From Actinomycetales bacterium mxb001 (lineage in GTDB: Bacteria > Actinomycetota > Actinomycetes > S36-B12), in assembly GCA_004379115.1 (NCBI GenBank), contig NBNH01000320.1:278-64277 (forward strand): a stretch of DNA of 64,000 bases. Reading direction: 5' to 3'. This document shows, in pieces, positions 27,822 through 37,843 of the stretch. Under the pieces are notes generated by a model. That model was not told where the DNA came from. It worked only from the letters and a program-made list of their open reading frames with translations, and searched no databases. Numbering within the stretch: position 1 is the stretch's first letter; each line of letters starts with the position of its first letter. The position numbers and the translations under genes are program-made.

Positions 27822-30800
27822 CTAGGCCTTGCGGAGGGAGAAGGCCAGCGCGAGGTCGTCGTCCGCACCGGCGTGGGCGCCGCTCTCCGGCGTTCCCTCG
27901 GCGAAACTCGTGGCCAGCACCTCGCCCGCGATCTGCTCCCCGTGCTCGCGCAGGGCCAGTACCACCTCGGCGTCGGATGACGACCAGATGAGCGCGATGC
28001 GGTCGGAGATGTCGAGCCCGGCGTTCTTGCGCGCCTCCTGGATGAGGCGAATGGCCTCGCGGGCGGTGCCCAGGCGGCGCAACTCGGGTGTGAGGTGCAG
28101 GTCGAGGGCGACCGTCTCGCCATCGCCGCTCGCCACCGACCATCCTTCGCGGGGTGTCTCGGTGATGACGACGTCCTCCGTCGTGATGGCGACCTCACCC
28201 ATGCCGGACACATCGACACGCGCCTCGCCATCACGCAGCGATGCTGCGAGGGCAGCGGCGTCAGTGGCCGCGATGGCCTCGGCCACCGTGGGGGTCTGCT
28301 TGCCGAAGCGCTTGCCGAGTGAGCGGAAGTTCGCCTTGGCGGTGACGTCGACCAGGTCGCCCTCGGAGGCCGACAGGCTCGACATGTCGAGGACATTGAG
28401 TTCGCTGGCCACCTCGGCCACCAGGTCAGCCGGAAGCGAGGTCCAACCGGGGGCTGAGACGAGGGCGCGGGCGAGCGGCTGACGGGTTCGCACGCTCGAT
28501 GACGCACGGGCAGCGCGGCCGAGTTCGACCACTCGTCGCACCAGGGCCACCTGCGCCGCGAGTTCGTCGTCGATGATGGCGTCGTCGGCAGTCGGCCACG
28601 CGGCCATGTGCACGCTGGGGGCCGCATCAGCGTCGGCCGGACGCACCATGTCCTGCCACACGCGCTCGGTGACGAACGGCGTGAACGGGGCCATGGTGAG
28701 CGTGACGATGCGCAGTGCCTCATCGAGCGTGGCCAGGGCTGCGGGGTCACCGTCCCAGAAGCGACGCCGCGTGCGCCGGACGTACCAGTTGGACATGTCG
28801 TCCACGAACGCCGCGATGAGGCGACCGGCTCGTTGCGTGTCGAACGTCTCGAGCGCAGCGTCGACATCGCGTGCGAGTCGATGAGCCTCCGAGAGGAGCC
28901 AGCGGTCCATGGGAGGGCGCTCGCTGACGGGTGGCACGTCGGAGCCGCCGGGCGACCAATCGGCGGCCCGCGCGTAGAGGGAGAGGAACGAGGCGGTGTT
29001 CCAGTAGGTGAGCAGGACCTTGCGGACGACCTCCTGGATCGCGGCGTGGCCGACGCGCCGCGCCTGCCACGGCGAGCCCGACGCGAGCATGAACCACCGC
29101 ACGGCATCGGCGCCGTGCTCGTCCATCAGCGAGATGGGCTCGAGGACATTGCCCAGGTGCTTGCTCATCTTGCGGCCGTCTTCGTCGAGGATGTGGCCGA
29201 GGCAGACGACGTTCTTATAGGAGCTGTCGTCGAAGACCAGGGTGCCGATTGCCATGAGCGTGTAGAACCACCCGCGCGTCTGGTCGATCGCCTCGCAGAT
29301 GAAGTCGGCGGGGTAGCGCGCGTCGAACGTCTCCTGACCCCGGTGCGGGTAGCCCCACTGGGCGAAGGGCATGGCACCGGAGTCGTACCAGCAGTCGATG
29401 ACCTCGGGCACGCGCGTGGCCAGGCCGCCGCACTCGGGACACGCGAAGGTGATGTCGTCGACGAAGGGACGGTGCGGGTCGAGCGCGGTCAGGTCAAGCC
29501 CGGCCTTCTCGCCCAGCTCGGCGAGCGAGCCGATCGCCGTCAGATGACCCTCGTCGCACCGCCAGATGGGCAGCGGCGTGCCCCAGTAGCGGTTGCGGGA
29601 TAGCGCCCAGTCGACGTTGTTGGTCAGCCAATCGCCGTAGCGGCCCCACTTGATCGTGCCGGGAAACCAGTTGGTCTCCTCGTTCTCGCGCAGCAGGGCG
29701 TCCTTGATCGCGGTCGTGCGGATGTACCACGACGGCTGCGCGTAGTAGATGAGCGGCGTGTGGCAGCGCCAGCAGTGCGGGTAAGCGTGCTCATAGCCCA
29801 CGTGCTTGGCCAGCAGGCCGCGTGCCCTGAGGTCGTCGACCAGGACATCGTCGGCCTTCTTGAAGAAGGTGCCACCCACGAGCGGCAGGTCGGGCTCGAA
29901 GGTTCCATCGGGCCGCACGGGGTTGACGACAGGCAGGCCGTAGGCACGGCAGGTCGCGAGATCGTCCGCACCGAACGCCGGCGCCTGATGCACCAGGCCA
30001 GAGCCATCGTCGGTGGTGACGTAATCGGCGAGGATGACGTAGTGCGCGTCGGGGATCTCGACGAGGTCGAAGGGCCGCTGGTAGGACGTGCGCTCGAGAT
30101 CGCGGCCGGTCAGTCGCTCGAGCACGTCGTAGCCCTCGCCGAGCAGTGACGGTGCGAGGTCCTCGGCCACCACGAGGGTCTCGCCATCGGCCGTCCGTGC
30201 GACGACATAGGAGGCATCGGGCTTGACGGCCACCGCGGTGTTGGACACGAGCGTCCAGGGGGTCGTCGTCCAGACGAGCAGGTTGACGCCCGGATGCCGC
30301 TCGGCAAGAGGTCCTGCGGTCACCGGGAACCGCACGTAGACCGAGGGATCGACCACGGTCTCGTAGCCCTGGGCCAATTCATGGTCGGACAGCCCCGTGC
30401 CGCAGCGCGGGCAGTAGGGGGTGACGCGGTAGTCCTGCACGAGCAGGCCCTTGTCGAAGATCTGCTTGAGCGACCACCACACGGACTCGACGTACTCCGG
30501 CGCCATGGTCCAGTAGGCGTCGTCCATGTCGACCCAAAAGCCCATGCGCCGGGTCATCTGATCGAACTCGTCGACGTGGCGCAGCACGGACTCGCGGCAC
30601 TTGGCGTTGAACTCGGCGATGCCGAACTCCTCGATGTCCTTCTTGCCGGTGAAGCCGAGTTCCTTCTCGACGGCGAGCTCGACCGGAAGGCCATGGCAGT
30701 CCCAGCCGGCCTTGCGTGGGACGTGGTAGCCCTTCATCGTGCGATAGCGCGGGAAGATGTCCTTGAAGACGCGGGCCTCGACATGGTGGGTGCCGGGCGT

Positions 30801-30956
30801 GCCGTTGGCGGTCGGCGGACCTTCATAGAAGACCCAGAGGGGACGGCCCTCCGACTGCTCGAGCGAGCGGTGGAAAACGTCGTCGGACGACCAGAGATCG
30901 AGGATCTCCCGCTCCATGGCCGGCAGGTCGACATGTGCCGGCACCTGGCGGTACAT
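27822..30956 (-). CDS. ileS: Isoleucine--tRNA ligase (long type 2 form)
   Basis: 1044 aa with PPTANGTPGTHH (HIGH region) and KMSKHLGN (KMSKS). Confidence 0.97.
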   Translation of the reverse strand: MYRQVPAHVDLPAMEREILDLWSSDDVFHRSLEQSEGRPLWVFYEGPPTANGTPGTHHVEARVFKDIFPRYRTMKGYHVPRKAGWDCHGLPVELAVEKELGFTGKKDIEEFGIAEFNAKCRESVLRHVDEFDQMTRRMGFWVDMDDAYWTMAPEYVESVWWSLKQIFDKGLLVQDYRVTPYCPRCGTGLSDHELAQGYETVVDPSVYVRFPVTAGPLAERHPGVNLLVWTTTPWTLVSNTAVAVKPDASYVVARTADGETLVVAEDLAPSLLGEGYDVLERLTGRDLERTSYQRPFDLVEIPDAHYVILADYVTTDDGSGLVHQAPAFGADDLATCRAYGLPVVNPVRPDGTFEPDLPLVGGTFFKKADDVLVDDLRARGLLAKHVGYEHAYPHCWRCHTPLIYYAQPSWYIRTTAIKDALLRENEETNWFPGTIKWGRYGDWLTNNVDWALSRNRYWGTPLPIWRCDEGHLTAIGSLAELGEKAGLDLTALDPHRPFVDDITFACPECGGLATRVPEVIDCWYDSGAMPFAQWGYPHRGQETFDARYPADFICEAIDQTRGWFYTLMAIGTLVFDDSSYKNVVCLGHILDEDGRKMSKHLGNVLEPISLMDEHGADAVRWFMLASGSPWQARRVGHAAIQEVVRKVLLTYWNTASFLSLYARAADWSPGGSDVPPVSERPPMDRWLLSEAHRLARDVDAALETFDTQRAGRLIAAFVDDMSNWYVRRTRRRFWDGDPAALATLDEALRIVTLTMAPFTPFVTERVWQDMVRPADADAAPSVHMAAWPTADDAIIDDELAAQVALVRRVVELGRAARASSSVRTRQPLARALVSAPGWTSLPADLVAEVASELNVLDMSSLSASEGDLVDVTAKANFRSLGKRFGKQTPTVAEAIAATDAAALAASLRDGEARVDVSGMGEVAITTEDVVITETPREGWSVASGDGETVALDLHLTPELRRLGTAREAIRLIQEARKNAGLDISDRIALIWSSSDAEVVLALREHGEQIAGEVLATSFAEGTPESGAHAGADDDLALAFSLRKA

Positions 30957-30990
30957 GGCCTACCTCCGGGGGATGCGGGATCGAGTGAGC

Positions 30991-31011
30991 AGCCTACCCG
31001 GGGCCTAGGCT
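30991..31011. other. Palindrome in the 61-bp ileS/HAD divergent spacer
   Basis: AGCCTA cccggggcc TAGGCT: a 6-bp stem with a 9-nt, itself near-palindromic centre. Confidence 0.3.
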
Positions 31012-31017
31012 CGGATC

Positions 31018-31683
31018 GTGTCGACGTACGACGTGCCACCCATCCGCGCGGTGATCTTCGACTTCCACGCGACCCTCGTCGATCAGGGGGACCCTGATAC
31101 GTGGCTCGACCAGGCGCTCGCGCGTGCCGACATGGCGACACCCCTGGACGTGAGCGAACGCGCGGCACTCCTGCGGCGCCTCGATGACATCTGGATCCAC
31201 GCCCGCGAGGTCGATCCGCGCAGCGAACGAGATCTGTCGGCCGACCTTCACCACGACGTCTTCCACGACGTGATGCGCGGCCATGTGCCGGACGACCTGC
31301 GCCGCGCGCTCTACGAGGTCATGTTCGACCAGTGGGTCGCCTATGAGGAGGCCCCACGCGTCATCGACGAACTACGACGCCGGGGCATTCGCACGGCGAT
31401 CCTGTCGAACATAGGTATCGACCTGCGCCCCATCATGGAGCGCGAGGGGCTGGTGCCGGACGCCATCGTCCTGTCGTGCGAGGTCGGCGTGGTCAAGCCC
31501 GATCCGGGAATCTTCGAGGCCGCCCTCGCGATGCTGGCGGCCCGTCCTGAAGAGACGGTGATGGTGGGGGACAACTGGGCCGATGACGCGGCAGCCTCGG
31601 CCCTGGGTATCCGCACACTCATCCTGCCGCGCACCCGGGGCCGCAATCACGGACTCGAGATCGTCCTGCAACTGACAGACTGA
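31018..31683 (+). CDS. HAD-superfamily hydrolase
   Basis: 221 aa with HAD motif I variant VIFDFHATLVD, motif II ILSNIG and motif IV VGDNWADD. Confidence 0.8.
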   Translation: MSTYDVPPIRAVIFDFHATLVDQGDPDTWLDQALARADMATPLDVSERAALLRRLDDIWIHAREVDPRSERDLSADLHHDVFHDVMRGHVPDDLRRALYEVMFDQWVAYEEAPRVIDELRRRGIRTAILSNIGIDLRPIMEREGLVPDAIVLSCEVGVVKPDPGIFEAALAMLAARPEETVMVGDNWADDAAASALGIRTLILPRTRGRNHGLEIVLQLTD

Positions 31684-31704
31684 GCTCACCGAGAGAGGAC
31701 GGGC

Positions 31705-32937
31705 ATGGACTTCGCCTTCGACGCCACGACCGAGGACTACCGCCAGCGGCTCCTCGCTTTCATGGATGAGCAGGTCTACCCCAACGAGTCGACGTACTAC
31801 GAGCAGGTTTCGCAGCTCGACGACTACTGGGCGTGGACTCGCACGCCGATCTTGCGCGAGTTGCAGGCGAAGGCCCGTCAGCAGGGGCTCTGGAACCTGT
31901 TCCTGCCCGGCGAATACGGCGCTGGCCTGACCAACCTGCAGTACGCGCCACTCGCCGAGATCACCGGACGCAGCCCAGGACTCGCCCCGGCGGTGTTCAA
32001 CTGCTCCGCACCCGACACGGGCAACATGGAAGTACTCGCTATCGCGGGGTCGTCGGAGCAGAAGGATCGCTGGCTGGCCCCGCTGCTCGCGGCCGAGATC
32101 CGCTCGGGCTTCGCCATGACCGAGCCCGACGTCGCATCGTCCGACGCCACCAACATCTCCACGTCGATCGTCCGCGATGGCGATGACTACGTCATCAGCG
32201 GCCGCAAGTGGTGGATCACCGGGGCGATGAACCCGGACTGCGCCATCTTCATCGTCATGGGCAAGACCGATCCGTCGGCAGATCGACATCGTCAGCAGTC
32301 GATGATCCTCGTTCCAAGGGATACGCCCGGAGTCGAGATCGTGCGCGGAATGCAGGTGCTCGGATACGACGACCATGACCATGGTGGCCACGCCGAGATG
32401 GTCTTCCACGACGTGCGGGTGCCCGCGAGCAACCTGATCGCGGGGGAGGGCGACGGCTTCTTCATCGCCCAGGCACGCCTCGGGCCCGGTCGGATCCACC
32501 ACTGCATGCGCTCGATCGGCATGGCTGAGCGCGCCATCGAGCTCATGTGCGAACGCGTCGAGGGCCGCGTCACCTTCGGCCGTCCGCTGGCGGATCAGGG
32601 CGTCATCCGGGAGTGGATCGCGCGGTCGCGTATCGAGATCGAGCAGTTGCGCCTGCTGACGCTCAAGGCGGCGTGGCTCATGGACACGGTGGGAGTACGC
32701 GGCGCCCACACCGAGATCCAGGCCATCAAGATCGCCGCGCCGTTGACGGTGCAGGGGATCCTCGACCGTGCGATGCAGGCCTTCGGCGCGATGGGCCTGT
32801 CGCAGGACACGCCGCTCGCCGGGATGTTCGCGGGCATACGCACCCTGCGCCTGGCCGATGGGCCCGACGAGGTGCACCTGTCGGCGCTGGGTAAGCACGA
32901 GGTCAAGCGACAGCGGGAGCGACGCGAATCATCCTGA
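31705..32937 (+). CDS. Acyl-CoA dehydrogenase family protein
   Basis: 410 aa. It shows ACAD-like features ([23 protein letters not shown] and a C-terminal helical domain). Confidence 0.85.
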   Translation: MDFAFDATTEDYRQRLLAFMDEQVYPNESTYYEQVSQLDDYWAWTRTPILRELQAKARQQGLWNLFLPGEYGAGLTNLQYAPLAEITGRSPGLAPAVFNCSAPDTGNMEVLAIAGSSEQKDRWLAPLLAAEIRSGFAMTEPDVASSDATNISTSIVRDGDDYVISGRKWWITGAMNPDCAIFIVMGKTDPSADRHRQQSMILVPRDTPGVEIVRGMQVLGYDDHDHGGHAEMVFHDVRVPASNLIAGEGDGFFIAQARLGPGRIHHCMRSIGMAERAIELMCERVEGRVTFGRPLADQGVIREWIARSRIEIEQLRLLTLKAAWLMDTVGVRGAHTEIQAIKIAAPLTVQGILDRAMQAFGAMGLSQDTPLAGMFAGIRTLRLADGPDEVHLSALGKHEVKRQRERRESS

Positions 32938-32977
32938 AGCGACGGCGCTCCGGAGCCTCGGCCCGTAGCCTCGCCGG

Positions 32978-34834
32978 ATGGTGAAGCTGATCGCTGCCTC
33001 GCTCGCGGTCCTGATCGCCGCGGTGAGCGTGCCCGCACACGCGGGGCCATCGCCGGTGCACGAGGCCCGGTACGCGACCCACGGTTCGATGCCCAGGGCA
33101 ACGCCGGATCCAGCGATGCGCATCACCCTCTTCGCAGGCCTGCCGCGCGACTCCGAGCGACTGGCCGCCCGTGCGCGTGCGGTGAGCACGCCAGGCTCCT
33201 CGGCATATCGCGACATCGCGACGCTCAGGGATGTTGGACGTGCGTACGGTGGCTCGGCACGGGCCGTGGAGCGCCTCAGATCGACGGCCGAGTCACTCGG
33301 CATCTCGGTGGAGATCGATCCGACGCGCCTCTTCGCGCGGCTGACCGCCCCGGTCGCGACATGGGAGAGGGTGCTGGGCGTCGGCGTTACCTACACGCCC
33401 GCACCCAAGGGCTCCGCGAGCGGGGAGTCCGGACCCCAGCCCTACGCCACCTATGACTTCATCGACGCCGCGACGGGTCTCCTCGTCGCGACACCGAAAT
33501 CCCTGGCAGCCGTGGTCGAGGAGTTCATCCCGGCGGCGACGATGTACGACCCACGCCAGGACATCCCCGGTCCGATACCCCTCACGCCAGCGTCGCGCTC
33601 GATCCTGCCCATCGATGACACGACACCGGATCCCTGGCCGGTCAACAAGGGATCGCCTCTTGGCCGGGCGTGCGATGTCCCTGCCGTGACCGGGCGCCAG
33701 CTGTACACGCCGCGCCAGACGCGCGATGTCTATGGCACCTCCCAGGTGCTGCGGAAGGGTGCGCGCGGCTCGGATGCGCGCGTGACCATCGTCTCGCTCG
33801 GCGGCGGCTTCGAGCAGACCGAGATCACGGCGTTCGCCGATTGCTTCGGCGTGGCCGATCCCGCCATCAAGGTGAGCCTCGGCACCGGAGTGCCGAGCAC
33901 GATCGTGTCGGCTTCACCGGAGACTCACCTGGACCTGCAGACGGTGATGGGGGCGCTGGTCGACGCCCGGCGTATCGACCTCGTCCAGGCCGTCAACGAC
34001 GACTACGACGTTGGGATGATCGACGGGTTCGCCCGAGCGCTCGATCGAGATGGCAAGGCGACCACTTCGCCCGATGCCGTCTCGCTGTCCTACGACGGAT
34101 GTGAGCTCAACTACACGCAGGACTTCCAGGACGGCGTCCAGGGCTTCCCCGCAATGCCTCTCCTGGAGGACGTATTCGCGATGTCCGGGCTCGTCGGCAC
34201 GTCGGTCTTCATCGCGTCGGGCGACGCCGGATCGTCGCTGTGCCAGATCATCGGTGACTACGGCACCCAGCAGGCCACGGTGAGCTACCCCGGGTCGTCT
34301 CCGTGGGTCACGGTCGTCGGTGGCACCCGGCTGCGGCTCGGCCAGGGCAACGCACGCAAGGACGAGGTCACGTGGAACGACGTGCGCTATGGGCTCGCGG
34401 GTGCGGGCACCGGCGGTTACAGCAAGTTCTTCGACCGGCCGTGGTACCAGCCGGGAGTGTTCGCGCGCGATCAACGCACTGTCCCCGACGTCGCCGTGCT
34501 GGCGGCCGTGTATCCCGGATGGCCCCTCTCGTATGCCGGCGTGATTCAGTCGATCGGCGGCACGAGCGGATCCAGCCCGTTCACCGCGGCCAACATCGCT
34601 CTGCTGTCGGCGCGTGAGCGGGCCAGGGGACGCCCACCCATCGGGTTCGCCAATCCCTGGCTCTACGCACAGGCGGCGGGATCGTTCTACGACATCCGGG
34701 CCGGTGACAACCAGGTCCCGGTCATCGTGCCGGGGGAGTTCGTCAACGTGCCGGCCTGCTGTCAGGCGACCCGGGGCTTCGACCTGGTGTCCGGGCTCGG
34801 GGCCCCGCGCTTCGAGCGACTGTTGGGCCGGTAG
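32978..34834 (+). CDS. Secreted S53 (sedolisin/kumamolisin-like) serine-carboxyl peptidase with an N-terminal pro-domain
   Basis: 618 aa with a signal peptide ending PAHAG and a pro-kumamolisin-like activation region. It has ETHLDLQ (catalytic Glu/Asp context) and IGGTSGSSPFTAANIALL (Ser motif). Confidence 0.75.
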   Translation: MVKLIAASLAVLIAAVSVPAHAGPSPVHEARYATHGSMPRATPDPAMRITLFAGLPRDSERLAARARAVSTPGSSAYRDIATLRDVGRAYGGSARAVERLRSTAESLGISVEIDPTRLFARLTAPVATWERVLGVGVTYTPAPKGSASGESGPQPYATYDFIDAATGLLVATPKSLAAVVEEFIPAATMYDPRQDIPGPIPLTPASRSILPIDDTTPDPWPVNKGSPLGRACDVPAVTGRQLYTPRQTRDVYGTSQVLRKGARGSDARVTIVSLGGGFEQTEITAFADCFGVADPAIKVSLGTGVPSTIVSASPETHLDLQTVMGALVDARRIDLVQAVNDDYDVGMIDGFARALDRDGKATTSPDAVSLSYDGCELNYTQDFQDGVQGFPAMPLLEDVFAMSGLVGTSVFIASGDAGSSLCQIIGDYGTQQATVSYPGSSPWVTVVGGTRLRLGQGNARKDEVTWNDVRYGLAGAGTGGYSKFFDRPWYQPGVFARDQRTVPDVAVLAAVYPGWPLSYAGVIQSIGGTSGSSPFTAANIALLSARERARGRPPIGFANPWLYAQAAGSFYDIRAGDNQVPVIVPGEFVNVPACCQATRGFDLVSGLGAPRFERLLGR

Positions 34835-34849
34835 CGAGCCGACGATGCG

Positions 34850-35905
34850 TCAGGCCGGATAGACGTCGAGATCAGTCGCCTTCACGCTGAGCCACACATC
34901 CGCTCCCTCGTGCAGGCTGAGCGAGGCCACTGCTCCCGGCGTCACGATCGCGGCCAGGGGCGGATCGGTGGCCACCTCGATGCGTACGACGTCGCCGCGT
35001 GACTCGAGGGCGGCGACGCGCCCCGGCCACGCGTTTCGGGCGCTGCCCTCGGGACGCTGGCGATGCACCGAGATCGCCTCTGGCCGGATCGCCACGAGTA
35101 CGTCACCGGCGATCGATCGATCGGCCACGTGCACGGAGGCACCACTGGCGAGCGCGACCACACCCTCGCGTGCACTGCCGCGCAGCATGTTGAGACCGAC
35201 CAGCTGGGCGACATAGTCGGACGCGGGCCGCTGGGCAACCTCCGCTGGCGTGCCGGACTGGATGGCGCGACCGTCCTCGAGCACGACGACACGGTCAGCG
35301 AGCACCATCGCGTCGATGGGGTCATGGGTGACGAGGACAACCGCTCCGGAGAAATCTGCGACGTGGCGTCGGACGAGTGAGCGGACCGAGGCCTTGGTGC
35401 CGGCGTCGAGAGCAGCGAGAGGCTCGTCGAGCAACAGGAGATCCGGATCCGTCACGAGCGCGCGAGCGAGGGCAACGCGCTGCGCTTGGCCGCCGGACAG
35501 GTGGCGCGGCCTGCGACCGGCGAGTTCGCCGATCTCCAGTCGATCCAGCCAGTGCTGGGCGCGTTCTCGAGCGGATTTCCTGTCGAGGCCACGCGATCTC
35601 GGGCCGAAGGCCACGTTGTCGAGCACCGACAGGTGAGGGAAGAGCAGGTAGTCCTGGAACACGAAGCCCACCGAGCGGCGCTCGGGTGGCAGGTCGATGC
35701 CGTCGGCGGTGTCCTCGACGGTGGCACCCCCGATCGAGATACGGCCCTGCTGCGGAGCCGTGAGCCCAGCCAAGCAGCGCAGCGTCGTGGACTTACCCGA
35801 ACCATTGGGGCCGAGCAGTCCGACAACCTCCCCGTCTGCGACGTCAAGATCGAGATCGAGGGTGAAGGCTCCCTGTGACAGGTGCAGGGTCGACGTCAGG
35901 CTCAT
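34850..35905 (-). CDS. modC: Molybdate ABC transporter ATP-binding protein with a C-terminal TOBE/Mop domain
   Basis: ATG at 35905 (MSLTSTLHLSQGAF...). It has Walker A GPNGSGKST, signature LSGGQAQR, and a TOBE-like C-terminus (VVRIEVATDPPLAAIVTPGAVASLSLHEGADVWLSVKA). Confidence 0.88.
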   Translation of the reverse strand: MSLTSTLHLSQGAFTLDLDLDVADGEVVGLLGPNGSGKSTTLRCLAGLTAPQQGRISIGGATVEDTADGIDLPPERRSVGFVFQDYLLFPHLSVLDNVAFGPRSRGLDRKSARERAQHWLDRLEIGELAGRRPRHLSGGQAQRVALARALVTDPDLLLLDEPLAALDAGTKASVRSLVRRHVADFSGAVVLVTHDPIDAMVLADRVVVLEDGRAIQSGTPAEVAQRPASDYVAQLVGLNMLRGSAREGVVALASGASVHVADRSIAGDVLVAIRPEAISVHRQRPEGSARNAWPGRVAALESRGDVVRIEVATDPPLAAIVTPGAVASLSLHEGADVWLSVKATDLDVYPA

Positions 35906-36699
35906 GACGAACTGGCTCTCAGGTAGCGATCTCGCAGCAGCAGCAGCACGGCAAGGGAGGCCACGAGCAGGACCAGGCTCAGCGCGATCGCAGCGTCGCG
36001 ATCGGTGTCGAGTGCGGCGTAGACCGCCAGTGGCAGCGTTTGGGTGACTCCCGGCAGATTGCCGGCGAACGTGATGGTGGCGCCGAACTCTCCGAGGGCA
36101 CGCGCCCACGCAAGCACGGTTCCAGCGATCAGGGCGGGAGCGATGAGCGGCAAGGTCACCCGTCGCAGGACAGTCCACCTTCCGGCGCCCAGCGTGGCGG
36201 CGGCCTCGTCGTAACGCGGGTCGGCCGATCGCAGTGCGCCTTCCACGGTGATGACGAGGAAGGGCATCGCCACGAAAGCCTCGGCCAGGATGACGCCCGC
36301 GGTGCTGAACGGCAGTTGCACGCCGAACCAGTCGTAGAGGTACTGGCCGACCACGCCGCGGCGACCGAAAGCGAGGAGAAGGGCGACGCCCCCGACGACG
36401 GGCGGGAGCACGAGCGGGAGGGTCACCAGTGCGCGCACGGCGGTCGTGCCGGGCAGGCGCGACTGGGCGAGGACCCAGGCGAGGGGAACGCCCACCAGGA
36501 CGGCGATCGCCGTGGCTGCCAGTGAGCAGATCAGGGACAGGCGCAGCGCTTCGGTCGCCACCGGAGACGTCAGGAGTTCAGGCAGGCGCGACCACGGTGT
36601 GCGCAGGAGCAGGCCAAGCAGTGGGATGGCCAGGAAGGCGACGCCAACGGTGGCGAGGATGCCGATCGGCAGCGGCGTAGCGCGGCGCGTCGTTCTCAC
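35902..36699 (-). CDS. modB: Molybdate ABC transporter permease
   Basis: 265 aa with an ABC type-1 permease EAA-like loop (AATLGAGRWTVLRRVTLPL). ATGA overlaps on both sides. Confidence 0.88.
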   Translation of the reverse strand: MRTTRRATPLPIGILATVGVAFLAIPLLGLLLRTPWSRLPELLTSPVATEALRLSLICSLAATAIAVLVGVPLAWVLAQSRLPGTTAVRALVTLPLVLPPVVGGVALLLAFGRRGVVGQYLYDWFGVQLPFSTAGVILAEAFVAMPFLVITVEGALRSADPRYDEAAATLGAGRWTVLRRVTLPLIAPALIAGTVLAWARALGEFGATITFAGNLPGVTQTLPLAVYAALDTDRDAAIALSLVLLVASLAVLLLLRDRYLRASSS

Positions 36700-37448
36700 G
36701 GGGCGGCGAACCCGGCTGCCGCCAGCCGCGCCTGCGCGTCGGGCGAGTTGAGAAAGGAGACGAACGCGAGTGCCGCATCTCGGTGGGCCGAGTCGGTGAC
36801 GACTGCTGCCTGCAGCAACGTCGCGACGTTCTGGTCATCGGGGATCGAGATGCCCATGACCGAGTCGCCTGCTGCTCGGACATCCGTGACGTAGACGATG
36901 CCGGCGTCGGCTTCATCGGCCTCGATCTTGGTCAGGACCGATCGAACGTCGGGTTCGAGGCTCGCGGGCGACACCGAGAGGGAGTTCTTCTCGAACAGGC
37001 GCTGGGCTGCTCCGCCGCACGGGACCTGTTCCTGGCAGACGAGCAGCGTGACCCCGGGGAGATCGGCGAGCCCGGTGACGCCGGCGGGATTGCCCGGCGG
37101 AACGGCGATCTGCAGCGAGTTGGATGCGAACGCACGGGCGTCGGTCACTGCCTGGCTGTCGATGAGGGGCTGCATGGACGACGTGCCGGCCGAGGCGAAG
37201 ACATCGATCGGAGCGCCCTGCACGATCTGCTCAGCCAGTGAACTACTGCCGGCGAAGGTAAAGCGGACCGTGATGTGCGGATTCGCGCGTGTGAAGTCGT
37301 CGCCGATCTGAGCGAAGACGTCGGTGAGTGACGATGCCGCTCCCACCGTGATCGTCGTCGATGTCGTCGAGTTGGTGGAGCATCCCGCGGAGCCGATGAC
37401 GGCGGCGGCGGTCACGGCGACAGCACCGAACGCGAGCGCGCGACTCAT
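36696..37448 (-). CDS. modA: Molybdate-binding lipoprotein
   Basis: 250 aa with lipobox GSAGC. ModA-like sequences are GAASSLTDVF, FAGSSSLAEQI and DVFASAG. Confidence 0.88.
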   Translation of the reverse strand: MSRALAFGAVAVTAAAVIGSAGCSTNSTTSTTITVGAASSLTDVFAQIGDDFTRANPHITVRFTFAGSSSLAEQIVQGAPIDVFASAGTSSMQPLIDSQAVTDARAFASNSLQIAVPPGNPAGVTGLADLPGVTLLVCQEQVPCGGAAQRLFEKNSLSVSPASLEPDVRSVLTKIEADEADAGIVYVTDVRAAGDSVMGISIPDDQNVATLLQAAVVTDSAHRDAALAFVSFLNSPDAQARLAAAGFAAP

Positions 37449-37843
37449 GTACGGGGTACCTCGACACCGACGTTGGTGGCCTTCACGGTCGCAATGGCCA
37501 AAGAACCGGGCTGCAGGCCGAGCTCGTCGACCGCTTCGGCGCTGAGTAGGGAGACGAAGCGGTGTGGACCGGCCTGGATCTCCACCTGTGCCATGACGGT
37601 GTCCTTGACCACGCGCGTCACGACGCCCGCGAACCGATTGCGCGCCGAGCGGCCGACGATGGGCGCGGTCTCGGCGCCCACGGGGGCTGACGCGGTTTCT
37701 TGCAGCAGCCGGGCGATGTCCGCGCTCTCGACGACCTGCCGGCCGGAGCCATCGACGGTCGCGGTCAGTCGATCGGCCTCGATCCAGCGCCGCACGGTGT
37801 CGTCGCTCACGCCGAGGTAGTCGGCCGCTTCAGAAATCCGCAT
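37445..37843 (-). CDS. Transcriptional regulator: excisionase/MerR-type HTH plus a TOBE (molybdate-binding Mop) domain
   Basis: ATG at 37843 (MRISEAADYLGVSDDTVRRWIEADRL). The C-terminal Mop/TOBE part reads SARNRFAGVVTRVVKDTVMAQVEIQAGPHRFVSLLS. ATGA overlap with modA. The ORF track uses an upstream TTG at 37861. Confidence 0.8.
   Translation of the reverse strand: MRISEAADYLGVSDDTVRRWIEADRLTATVDGSGRQVVESADIARLLQETASAPVGAETAPIVGRSARNRFAGVVTRVVKDTVMAQVEIQAGPHRFVSLLSAEAVDELGLQPGSLAIATVKATNVGVEVPRT

Noticed and set aside
30957-31060. A possible ileS T-box leader. On the ileS strand the sequence GGAUGGGUGGCACGUCG (complement of 31031-31047) resembles the T-box core GGGUGGNACCGCG.
   Set aside because: The divergent spacer is only 61 nt, so the element would lie inside the HAD hydrolase coding region, where it encodes DVPP next to HAD motif I. 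I could not fold the flanks into a convincing A1/A2 antiterminator or antisequestrator. The UGGC would pair with a G discriminator rather than the A expected for tRNA-Ile, and I found no Stem I with an AUC specifier. A cmsearch with Rfam RF00230 over the reverse complement of 30950-31300 would settle it.
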